Source of the DNA: Camelus ferus
Lineage: Eukaryota
Length of the DNA: 64,000 nucleotides
Assembly: GCF_009834535.1 (NCBI RefSeq)
Contig: NC_045697.1
Span: forward strand, 58,096,001 to 58,160,000
Direction of reading: 5' to 3'
Both the position numbers and the translations under genes were made by a program. The notes below the pieces were generated by a model that saw only the letters and a list, made by a program, of their open reading frames with translations, was not told the DNA's origin and ran no database searches. Positions 25,440-37,519 of this stretch are shown here, one piece after another; the stretch's first letter is position 1; each line of letters begins with the position of its first letter.

Positions 25440-26700
25440 TACTATTTGTTGTCCAGTAAAAGAAGAAAGCAAATAGATAACCACAAAAATAAACAGTCAT
25501 GCTTACAAAGTGATACTGTCTATGAAGTAAAGGAAACTGATGCTCTGAGATTATTAAAGAAGGAAATTATTTATTTTAAAGATTCATGGAAGGGTTTTTT
25601 TGAGAAATTGACTTTCAAGCCAAAACCTCATTAATGACTATGAATAGCTTGGCAAAAGTATTTGGAGCACAGAGTGGAGGGAGTCAACTAAACAGAGGTG
25701 TGCTTCAAACAAAGAGAGATGAAATTTTAAAGGCCTAAAAGAATTTTCCAGACCCTGACTGAAAGCCAGGGTGTTAAGAGTAAGTGATAACAGGAGTGGT
25801 GGAAGATAAAGTGGGATAGGCATCAGGAGAGCAAGGTCATAATTTTTTAATTTTATCTTGAATGCAATGCAAAGCTATTGAAAAATTTAGTCAGATACAT
25901 ATGACACCATCCGATCTATAGTTTATGATAATTTTGGCTGCTATTAGCAGATTGGATCGGTTGGGACCAACAGTGGAAGAGCATTTGTTATAGAAGATAA
26001 AGCAAGATGACTAAGAAAGTGTCGGGGGTAGAGATGGAGATAATTGTCGTTTTTGAGGCAAAATTGCAGGATGTGGTGTTCAATTATATATGAAGGTTGC
26101 TCTGCTTTCTTCCTTGAGCAACTAGTGGATGGTGGTGTCATTTACTGAAATAATGAAGACTACAGGAGGAGCTAGCTTATTTGAAGAGTTAAGACAGAAT
26201 TAATTTTGGACCTGTTAGGACTGTGATGATTGCAAGATCTCCAAATGTAGATGTACAGGTACAGTCGATTATTACTGATGGGTCCTGAAACTCAAAAGTG
26301 AACCCAAGACTGGTGATATATTTTTGGGAGAGGTAAGCATACAAATGGTTTTCAAAGGTATGGAAATGATATGAGTTAGCCAAAGTAAGTGTATTTAGCA
26401 TGAGAGAGAGAGAGAGAGAGAAGGCACAATGCAAAGACCTGAGGTTGTATGAAAAAGAGAAATAGCCAACAAAGGAGACATAGAAGAAAACATAATGAGG
26501 AAAGGAAACACACAGCCGAAAGAACACAGTATCATGAAATTGAATTCAAGACTATTTTTAACCAAATCCAAAATAAATCAAATAATGCGGAGAAGTCAAG
26601 TAAGACAAACAATGAGAAATGCCCATGGGTTTGACAACATAGAGGTCACTGGTGACTGTCACATGAGCAGAGGACAAGATGGAACTGGAGCCAATAAAAC
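25440..26700 (-). mobile_element. L2 LINE relic
   Basis: Purine-rich antisense L2 hallmarks (gcaatgcaaagctattg, ggatggtggtgtcatttactga, gaggtcactggtgac). Confidence 0.75.
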
Positions 26701-28149
26701 TTGTGATATTTTCCAATGAAGAGAAGGAGCTGTCTGGATAAATCAACCTACTATCCCAGAGTTACCTTACAGGAACAAATGGAAACAAATGAATAATGTA
26801 TTTTTATGTATATAAAGAAGTTCAAAGTAATTTCTTACTTAACAAATCAATTAAAATTAGAATCCAGTTGGTTTACTTTTCCTAAAATGTATGCGTAATA
26901 TCGTATTTTAAAATACAATCTACTTTTTTGTTTTGCATTGCCATTTAATTGCTCCTGGAAAACATGATTATCAGTATTCCAGTAATCTTAGAGGAGAAGA
27001 AAAAAGGATAACATGAATCTGACAAATACTCATTTCAAAAGGTCAGCAAAATGAAAGCCAATAAATATTTGAACTAAAGGGACTTCAGACATTTTGAAGT
27101 TTACCCCAAACTTAACAGATAAGGAAATTAAACCACCATAAAGAACAGCTTCTTAGTCCAGAATATTCAAATATAAAATTATCTGTGCTATTCTAGTAAA
27201 AAAAAAGTCCCCTGAATTCAGTAAATATTAATAATAACATTACTCAGAAATTAGACTTTTCTAAAAATAAACATGAAAAGTAACTTCTATCTGAAACAAT
27301 TCCTAGAATGCTGATTTCAAAATTGGTCTAGCACAGGGAACAGTTACCTAATTACCTATTAGACTACAAAGTAAAAAATACATACTTTTTCACATTTCAG
27401 AGAAATTTTACAGCTAGCTCAGGTGACTGGAATTTACTAGTTTACTAAGCAGGGCTGCTCTTTTCTGATTTTCATTCTTTGACCACAGGAATGCTGGTGG
27501 CAAAATCTGATGTCATTCTATGGACTGCAGCTTTTCAATAAACTGTGCTTCAGTTTTAAATATCGGGTTCTTGCTTTACTTGTCTGTTTACACTGTGGTC
27601 AACCAGACTCACTTCTACATTTGGAAGAGTTCCCAAGTGGACTCTCAATAACCAAACGAGACAACTTATACAGAAGTACATGCCTGGCCTGATTAAACAT
27701 GTGATCATCTCTGTGCACTACTTTTCACCTTAATAATTTAAAGACAGTCCTCAATAAAATTTTCATTTTCGAGCATATACTTGGTAGTTTTAAGAAAAGA
27801 GGCTAATAAATAAAACTATCAATATTAAGAATAAAGTAACATGGTTTTCACAAGAAGTTAATTTTTCATAGATTTAGGAAGATTACTTTATTGAAATAAG
27901 GAAGAAAAATGAGGGAGAGAAGGAGGGAGGAGGGGCGCGAAGGAGGAAGGATGAAAGGAAGGGGAAAAAATATTAACGTGAAAAATATATATTTCTGAAA
28001 AAAATTGTTTTCAGTGCCCCTTCCTTGATCTTTTTACAATAAACAAATCTGTCCCTAATTCAGAACACCTTAAGTGGGCATTTAAGATGAAATCAGTAAA
28101 GATGAATAATCCAACACTTATATAAGATTGTAACTTCCATCTTGCTGAT

Positions 28150-28481
28150 ATTCTCTGTCGCTTTCTCAGCTTGCATGTTTTGATGAAGCAAGCAACAGAG
28201 GAAACTCTCCAGGCAACAGTCAGCTTGGAACTGAGGCCCAACAGGCTGTAAAAAATTGAATTTTATCAAAACTACATGAGCTTAGAAACAAACCTTCAAA
28301 CCTTCTCTAGCCCTGGCCAAAACCTCGATGTAGCCTTGTGAGATATTCTGAAAGAGAGGACCCAGGTAAGCTATGATTCATTTCCAACACCTAGAAACAG
28401 TGAGATGATTATTATATTGATTACTATGTGTTATTTTAAGCAATTAAGTCTGCGGTAATTTGTTACTAAGCAATAGATAAC
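28150..28481 (+). mobile_element. MaLR LTR, MLT1E/F-like
   Basis: tttgatgaagcaagc..ggaactgaggccc..tagccttgtgaga..gaggacccag..ttttaagc..taatttgttac..gcaatagataa. Confidence 0.7.
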
Positions 28482-28509
28482 ACCATGACCTCAAAATCCA
28501 GAGTACATG

Positions 28510-28690
28510 GTACTGCATTGTATATTTGCAAATTGCTAAGACAGTAGATCTTAAAAATTCTCATTACAAGGAAAAAACATTGTGTGTGGTGATGGATGAC
28601 TTATTTTGCAATATACACAAATACTGAATCATGATGTACAGCTGAAACTTATATAATGTTATATGTCAGTTATATCAATAACAAGAAAAA
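28510..28690 (+). mobile_element. L1MA-like 3' end
   Basis: ttgctaagacagtagatcttaaaaattctc..ttttgcaatatacacaaata..gaaacttatataatgttatatgtcag; degenerate TSD aaaatcc..agtaca. Confidence 0.75.
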
Positions 28691-29939
28691 TCTGAAGTAC
28701 AGATACTGGATAACTTAATTAGTGAAAGTTTTGTCACATACATTATTACACAGTGTGAACTCTGTCCTGTAGATGAGCATTTTTGCTAATAAATTAGGGA
28801 TGTTATCTCTTGGGAGAATATTTCTCACTTTTAATAAAGTTTCTATAAAATGTAAGGTTTTGCTAAGATCATTTGTAAATGCAAACTAATTTTAAAAATA
28901 ATGTTTCAGAATTGAGATAATAAGAAAAAAATCTGTAAAAACACTGGGTGAGACACATCGATTTTTTTTTAAATAACTACTTTTTTTAACACAGTCTCAA
29001 CTTTTACTGAGGTAAGAACTTTTCCCTAGAGCTTGTTTAGTATATTGATCACTTAAATGTAAAATGCCTCCTATTAAGCTACAATAATACACAAACTCAT
29101 GAAGTTGCTAAAGAATTATTAGAAGATTGTGAATTGAAAAGAGGTAAAAATCCTACCAGTAAATTTAACATATCTGTCCAGTTTTTGATCAAGCAAAACT
29201 ATCCACATATGGCTTAAAGGCATACACGTATGCCTGAGGCATACACAAACCATACTATTTCAAAGTTTGGAAGAAAAATAAAAACTGTCACTGTGAAGAT
29301 CGCCACTAGCAAAGGAAAAATAAAAGAAAAATAGCCTTTATGAAATATAAATTACACTGTTTTCAAGCTCCTTGTATGAATATTATTACATAAAATATGC
29401 AATGGCCAAAGAAAAAAAGTAACAATTTAAAACTTTTGCCAAAGAAGCGTATGGATAAATATATATGTGAATGTTACATATTTTGTATTATAGATTACAG
29501 ATTATTGACTATATTTGAAGAGATCATTTTCACTGTGTAAATGCACGATTGAGCACAAGGAAAATCAAGCATGAAAAGCAGATAAAATACAAAGGATGTT
29601 GAGAAATATGCTTTTAACTTATCTAAAATCTTATTACTTTTTATCCTCAGTTGATATAAAAATGAATGTATTTTTACATGAACATGAAGCAGCACAACAG
29701 AAACAGTAACTAATGTATAAACTGTCTGTCTTTTCAAGACGGCTATTTGCCTTGTGAAGTTACACACAGGAAACTACAGAAAACTAGAGCTCTAGGACCT
29801 AATCCAAAATGATGGTTAGAGAAAGAAAGGAAAAAGATTATGGCCTGTGTATTTATTTCTAGGAGAAAACAATAAGATACTTTCTGAGAAATAATAATAA
29901 AACATGATGCACTGGGGGTTTTAAAAACACAGCTAATCT

Positions 29940-31506
29940 ATTCATATGGAACCATCAAAGACCTAGAATTGCCAAAGCATTACTGAAGAGAAAGAAAGAG
30001 GCTGGAGGAATAACTCTCCCAGACTTCAGACAATACTATAGAGCTACAGTCATCAAGACAGCATGGTGTTGGTACCAAAACAGACCTATAGACCAATGGA
30101 ACAGAATAGAGAGCCCAGAAATGAACCCACAAACTTTTGGTCAACTCATCTTTGACAAAGGAAGCAAGAATATACATTGGAATAAAGACAGTCTCTTCAG
30201 CAAATGGTGTTGGGAAAACTGGACAGCAGCATGTAAAACAATGAAGCTAGAACACTCCCTTACACCATATACAAAAATCAACTCAAAATGGATTAAAGAC
30301 TTAAACATAAGACAAGATACAATAAACCTCCTAGAGGAAAACATAGGCAAAACATTATCTGACATACATTTAAAAAATTTTCTCCTAGAAGAAATAAAAG
30401 CAAGAATAAACAAATGGGACCTAATGAAACTTACAAGCTTCTGCACAGCAAAGGAAACCAGAAGTAAAACAAGAAGACAACCTACGGAATGGGAGAAAAT
30501 TTTTGCAAGTGAAACCGACAAAGGCTTGATCTCCAGAATATATAAGCAGCTCATACGACTCAATAAGAAAAAAATAAACAACCCAATCCAAAAATGGGCA
30601 GAAGACCTAAACAAGCAATTCTCCAAGGAAGACATACAAATGATCAAAAAGCACATGAAAAAATGCTCAATATCACTAATTATCAGAGAAATGCAAATCA
30701 AAACTACAATGAGGTATCACCTCACACCAGTCAGAATGGCCGTCATTCAAACATCCACAAATGACAAATGCTGGAGAGGCTGTGGAGAAAGGGGAACGCT
30801 CCTACACTGCTGGTGGGAATGCAGTTTGGTGCAGCCACTATGGAAAACAGTGTGGAGATTCCTCAAAAGACTAGGAATAGACTTACCATATGACCCAGGA
30901 ATCCCACTCCTGGGCTTGTATCCAGAAGGAAATCTACTTCAGGATGACACCTGCACCCCAATGTTCATAGCAGCACTATTTACAATAGCCAAAACATGGA
31001 AACAGCCTAAATGTCCATCAACAGGTGACTGGATAAAGAAGAGGTGGTATATTTATACAATGGAATACTACTCAGCCATAAAAACTGACAACATAATGCC
31101 ATTTGCAGCAACATGGATGCTCCTGGAGAATGTCATTCTAAGTGAAGTAAGCCAGAAAGAGAAAGAAAAATACCATATGAGATCGCTCATATGTGGAATC
31201 TAAAAAACAAAAACAAAAACAAAGCATAAATAAAGGACAGAAATAGACTCACAGACAGAGAATACAGACTTGTGGTTACCAGGGGGGTGGAGGGTGGGAA
31301 GGGATAGACTGGGATTTCAAAATTGTAGAATAGATTACACTGTATAGCATAGGGAAATATATACAAAATGTTATGATAACTCACAGAGAAAAAAATGTGA
31401 CAATGAGTGTGTATATGTCCATGAATAACTGAAAAATTGTGCTGAACACTGGAATTTGACACAACATTGTAAAATGATTATAAATCAATAAAAAATGTTA
31501 AAAAAA
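29940..31506 (+). mobile_element. Young 5'-truncated L1 (LINE-1)
   Basis: Perfect 17-bp TSD aaaaacacagctaatct at 29923-29939 and 31507-31523, TT/AAAA endonuclease site, G-rich 3'UTR tract, AATAAA and poly(A). Confidence 0.97.
29941..31203 (+). pseudogene. L1 ORF2p C-terminal remnant (post-RT region and CCHC zinc knuckle), frame uninterrupted
   Basis: [52 protein letters not shown]; lacks the EN domain and RT catalytic core. Confidence 0.95.
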
Positions 31507-31769
31507 AAAAACACAGCTAATCTTCCTTTACATCATTCCAAGGCAGAAAGCAACTGAATATAAACTCTGCTAATCTTTAAGCAATCAAAGGTGCTTGAGA
31601 TGTTTTTGCTACTCTTTTCCATCACACACAACTCTCATGATCAGAATGATTAAATACCCGTATCATATTTCCATGTAAGAAAATTATGAAAAATATTCCA
31701 TGCATACCCGGGACTTTTTTAAGCAAGGAAATGACATTAGCTAATTTGTTATTAAAGGTAACACATATA

Positions 31770-32168
31770 TGTGGAGAGACTATTTCCCCTCCTTTGAACC
31801 CAGTTAGATCATTTTGGCTGCATTAACAAGTAGAACGCAAGGTAAAGGATGCTGCATGACTTCTGAGGCTACCTCCTAAAAGGCAATCTCACTCTCGGGA
31901 GGCTTGTCCTCGGAAGCCAAGGCTACACGCAAAGGAAGCTGCTCAAACCCACAGCCCCAGGTTTTAGCTGAAAGCCAGCATTAATCACTTGACATGAGAG
32001 TGAAGGGGCCTTCAGGTAATTCCACATCCCAGCTGACACCAAATGTGACAGTGACAAGCTATCACCACCAAGCCCTGCCCAAAAGGCAAACTTGTGAGCA
32101 AAATAAATGTCATTGTGCTTTAACCCACCAGTTTTGCAGTTATTGTTTTGTAGCCACAAAAACTGGAA
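31770..32168 (+). mobile_element. MaLR LTR, MLT1F/H-like
   Basis: tttcccctcctttgaac..tgacttctgaggct..ccccagg..aagccagc..aaacttgtgagcaaaataaatg..ttttgcagttattgttttgtagcc. Confidence 0.7.
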
Positions 32169-34294
32169 CGGTTACTTGGTTTTTGTTGCTTGTGTGTGTG
32201 TTCATGTGTGCGTCCATGTGCTTTTGGAGGGGAGGCAGTTTATGCACCCAATTAAGAGCTCAATTTTGAACATGTACCGAAAAGATATGCAAGTTGATAT
32301 GTCAAATATGCAGTTGGATGTGAGTTTGGAATTCAAGGAAAACTAGCCCAGAGATAAAAATACAAAAGCATTAGCACAGATTATAAATAAAATCATCCAG
32401 ACATGCAGTGTAATTAAGTTAATTTTTTTAAGTAGCTAAGAAAAGTTACATAGAATAATAGCACTAAATCATCAAAATTAATGCTATGGTCTGCAAATTA
32501 CTAGGCCTCAGGTGTTAGGTATTGACACTCAGTATATTTCTTCAATGAGAATAACATAGCAATGATAACAATAAGATCATTTATTTAGTTACTACATGCC
32601 AAGCATTTTGCTCTGAAGTTAAGCTATCTGTACATATGATCTATTTCAAATGCAGATTAAATCCATGAAGTTGTTTTTTAATTTCCTTCATTTAAGGAAT
32701 ATGAAAATTAAGCTTCGGGAGGATGGTAACCAACCCATAGTCATGTAAGCAGTGACTGGCAAGACCTTAATTTTGCTTAATTCTGTGTGACTACTGCTAA
32801 ATTATGCTGATCTTTTCTTATAAGTTTTTGTATGTTCGCATTTAAGCAGTTTTATTCCAATGTATATTTAAAATTTCTGATGGTTTATATATGCTTATCA
32901 CATATGCAGTCTTCCCTAATGTGAGATAGAAAAAGGTAAATTTAAAAAGGTTATAGATGTGATATTGTGGGAAAATGTAATGATTTCCCCCCTTTTCTTT
33001 TATTACATTTTATAATTTGAAAACAGAGCAATAGGTGTTTGATAGCTTGAAAGAGAGGAGAAAAATACACAGAAGAGTTTTTGCTACACTGCTTGCAATA
33101 TAACACCAAAATAAGTATGGACAACCACATGTGAGAAATCTATCAAAATCTCCACATGATGTCAAATGATAATATTGATAAATTTTTTTTGCTAAATTAT
33201 CTGTTTTCTGGTTCATAGGCATACTAGACCTCTATTTATAATGACCTGGTATAAATTTACTTAACTAATAATTATACCTAAATACAACTAAATTTTACTC
33301 AGTCAAATCAATCTTATTTTTAAAATTTTATCAAACATTATTATAAAGTCTAAAGATCTATTTAATATTTAAAAAACTTACACAGTCTATTTTAAATACT
33401 CATCATGGTCATATTCTAAGATCCATTTGAATAAAAAACTTCATGTTTGCATTCATCCCTTCAATAAGTTTTTTACCACATATTTTCACTTCCCTTATTT
33501 TTTTTTCTTATTTATAAACATGAAGAAATTAGCTTAGAATCATGAAAAAACTGATACACCCAAAAGCCACAGTATAAGGAAGCTCTAAGTAAAGAATAAC
33601 CCACACAGCCAACAAACGAGTCAATTGTCTAATTCTAAATGAATCCCATAAAATTGGACCATAAGAGATCAAGCCTAAATTTTCTTGGGAGAAGCTCTCA
33701 TAACTGCCAGCTATTTGGCACTATCTCTGATCTGAATGTGTGAATTTGTTCTTAAAAATTTAGATTTACGTGTTCAGAGCCCAATGTGTAGAGGGAGGAG
33801 CTGAAGCAATGGATCCAGTTAAGAGCAATGGTGACCAATTCCCCACACATTCAACCCATACTGCGCTTTATTTCTGGAAATAATATGATTGACAGCAATA
33901 CAGCCTGGTAGCTGTGATTATGAATTCTTGAGTGGCACCTACTTGGTTTTCAAGGTCATCACAACTTTAAAATTTCACATCTTTAAGAAAAAATTACATA
34001 TCCTGTGTCATCCACCGAGTCCTCTGTATTGACTTGACTCTTTCCCCAGGATTCCCAACATCAGATCAGTCAGCAAATTCCCTTCTTCATTAGGAATGTC
34101 TCTTCAATTCTTCCCATAATATAATTAGAATTTTTTTCTATTACTCCGCTAGTCAAGATTCTTGTCATCATAAGTCTGGATTATTCAAGTAGGTACCCAG
34201 TCTCTTTCTACACGGTAGATTTAGTCTTTGGTCCCAGTTCTTTGCTCCCTCCCTAAATCGCAGCTGTACTGCCACACCCTTTGCCCTGCACCAT

Positions 34295-34675
34295 TGTGGT
34301 ACTACTAGAATGCACAATGTATTTTTCTACCCCATTGACGCTGACTTCAGCCACTGACTTGTTTTGGCCAATGGAATGGAAGGGAGTGACAATGACTAGT
34401 TCTGAGCTGAAGCTCTAAGAGTCAGCAGGTGTTTCTGCTTCTGCTTGTTTCATTGCTAAGAGGAATGTCCCTGGTAGACCCTGATGCAGGATAGAACACT
34501 GTGGGGCAGACCTGAACCCAACCTGCAATCTATAGCAAGCCTAGACAACTGGCAACCTGAAGGCAAAGTGCTTCGGCTGATCTGCAAAACTATGAAAGAG
34601 AAGCTATAAATGCCCACTGTTGTGGGCCACTGATACTTTGCGGCTCTCTGCTGTACAACAAAAACTGACTAATAT
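34295..34675 (+). mobile_element. MaLR LTR, MLT1H/I-like
   Basis: tgtggta..tgacttgttttggccaatggaatg..ttctgagctgaagctctaag..gggcagacctgaacccaacctgc..aactgactaata. Confidence 0.75.
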
Positions 34676-36083
34676 CCAGCCTTTAGGCTCTCTTTCCTCT
34701 GTTTGATAGAATGCACTGCTGCCAGTTTTAACCTCTATAATACTACTGGAATTCACCTTTTTACAGCTCAAATGTTTTACTGTTCCCCATCACCTAAAGA
34801 AAAATCCCAACATTTTAACTTGATCGTTCACAACCTGGCTACTACTTACTTTTCCTGACTTCAAATACACCTAAAACTGTACCTATTCATTCCTGCACAC
34901 TGATGAATCCATGGCTACAAAAGCATTTATCATCTATTTCCTGGTTTTCCCTGTAGCTCATTACTCACCTCCTCTCTTCTTATCCTCTTTCATGAGCAAC
35001 AAATATTTGAAAGCTTTAACATATTTATAAATAATAGTTGCCTCTTGTGGGGAACATCAAAGGTATTTTGTAATCTTGTAGAAAGATTAGGCTGTTGATG
35101 TCCACATAAAGGTAGGTGAAGATGGTACACTCTGCCCTTCACTCCTGAAGTCCTTTAAGCCACAAATGCTGAGTGACTCTTTGGTGGTTTAAATAGCTTC
35201 CACATACATGGCACTTTTAAGCTGCTCCAGATAGACACTATTATCTTGACTGTGTTTACCATGTTAACTAAATATTTAAAAAGCAATCAAATGGATATAC
35301 ATCTAAAGTGCAAACAGAAATCAGAAGGAAGATGAAGACTTAATTTTTCCTTAGCCCTGATAAGTCAATATGATATTATTTGCTTGTTTTGACTTACAAT
35401 TTTAAAGAGTTTTTTTGTTGTTGTTTCTCAGTGTTTGAACCCACTCTTGAGATTCTCAGGCCAGCTTGAAACTTACTATGTATCTTAGTTGCTTCCTCCA
35501 AATCCCAAATCATAACTATATGCTCAACTGTCCCAGTCATGAATATCTCCTCCTTTGAAGTTTTCTCCCTTATTGGATTGACTCTTTTCATGTGCTGTCT
35601 TTTATATAAATTTTATTTTTAAATGGATATATCCAAATCCCCTAGCTAGACAGTAAACCTTGAAGAGTCAAACCAGTCATTTGTAACTCCAAAAACTAAA
35701 GGGTACCCTACATATTGTAGGCAGAATGTTAGAGAAGAAAGAGCACAGGATCTGCCCCCATAGACCTAAGTGCAAAATATGACTCTACCAATGGACACTA
35801 TGACAGTATATGTTACTAAGCTCTCCATACTGTAGATTAATCATGTTTGAAAGCATGGGAAGTGGGGGGAGTAGGAGTGTAAGTATTAATACCTAATACC
35901 TAATACATTTGGGACAAGGTATTTGCTTAACAGCTCTTAGTTACCAATCCCATTTCACTGACCTCATATTCTAAAACATGAAAGTTTTCACACAACAGGT
36001 CTATTCTGGGAGCCCCCATATCTACCACATTGCTCCAATTTATGATTAAGAGTCTAGTTTTTTTTTTATGAGATTTGTGGAAA

Positions 36084-36232
36084 TTTTTTTGGTTTTGTTC
36101 TGGCTTTTTTTTGGGGGGGGAGATAATTAGGTTTGTTTGTTTGTTTGTTTATATAATGGAGATACTGGGAATTGAACCCAGGGCCTCATGCATGCTAAGC
36201 ACACACTCTACCACTGAGCTATACCCTTCTCC
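36084..36232 (-). mobile_element. tRNA-Ala-derived camelid SINE (vic-1 type)
   Basis: Reverse complement GGGTATAGCTCAGTGGTAGAG..CTTAGCATG..GGTTCAATTCC followed by (AAAC)n, CCTAATTATCTCCCCCCC and an A tail. Confidence 0.88.
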
Positions 36233-36952
36233 TAGAATGTTAATTTTTTTCCAGAACTGCTTTTCACCAAGATGTCAATACCCCATTGCTATCTGCAGCA
36301 AACCACAATCAAAATCAAAGAACTCAGTTCTGTTCCTAGAAATGCAGAAAAGATAACCTAGGTAACACAGCACAGAGCTATGCGAGGTATCTTCCAGACT
36401 TAGAGGTAAAGTATCCATTAAAATGGGAGAAAAACTGAAAGGGAAATGAGCACACCATTTTTGTTTGATTTTAATTTAGATGTTCTTTCCTAGCACAGAT
36501 TAAAATTGACAAAAGTTGTGTTTTATCTAACTAGGTAGCAGCCTGAAGCCAAATTTAAGTAGGGCTGCTTTAAGAAAGCTTCATCTAGTTTCAAAGTTCT
36601 GAAATTCATAGTGTGATGCCACAGTGGAGGTCTGATAGCTCAGACCACCTGCTAGGCACTCAATAAATATATGACAACAATTGATTACACCATAGATGCA
36701 GTTTAATTATTGAGTACCACACACCTCTTATGATGTATCAGTAACAAACAGCTGTTTATTTGCTTTGTCAAGAATCACCAACTTCAGCATCAACATGATG
36801 GCCATAGAATATGTCATTATCTGAAAATTTCATGTTAAGTTTTCAGTTTAAAAATGGAATCTGACTAGTGATAGTCTCTGATCCAACTTTTTTAACTTTC
36901 CTCCAGGTGCCCATAAATGGAAAGGAGAAAAGAGTTGTATATAATAATGCCA

Positions 36953-37150
36953 ATAGATAAACAACAAGGACCTACTGTATAGCACAAGGAACTATATTAA
37001 ATTTCTTGTAATAAGCTATAATGGAAGAGAATCTGAAAATATATGTGTATATAAATGCACATTTATGTATAACTCTATCGCTTTGCTGTACACCTGAAGC
37101 TAACATTGTAAATCAACTACACTTCAATAAAAAATAAAATAAAATAAAAA
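36953..37150 (+). mobile_element. L1 3' end (L1_Art-like)
   Basis: atagataaacaacaaggacctactgtatagcacaaggaactatat..gctgtacacctgaag..aaatcaactacacttcaataaa. Confidence 0.85.
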
Positions 37151-37519
37151 AGCAACCCATAAACTTACTGCCAAAAGTAAAGAGGAAATTTAAGTAACAA
37201 AAGCCTTGGAGATACACTGGCAGACCCAATTAATTAAACCATATTTGCTGCTCCATCCTGTGAAACAAAGTACATTTACCATTCTTGAAAGTAGGTAGAA
37301 AGTGGCTCCAATCCACAATCAGTTTCTTGAGCAAAAGGCAATAGACCTGGACTCATCAGTGTGAAGGCTTTTTGATGTTGCCTAGAATATGTCACTCTCA
37401 TTTCCTATTATTAGAATCTTGTCAAAATTATGCTAGAATTTGCATAATACAATTTGCCTTCCAGTCACAGGAATGAGACAGCAAATCTACCAAAGACTAC
37501 AAAGAACACTTAGCAAAAC

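Noticed and set aside
30141..30701. 186-aa minus-strand ORF
   Set aside because: Antisense shadow of L1 ORF2
30121..31203. 360-aa ORF as a host gene or active retrotransposon
   Set aside because: It is a 5'-truncated L1 ORF2 with no promoter, EN domain or RT core
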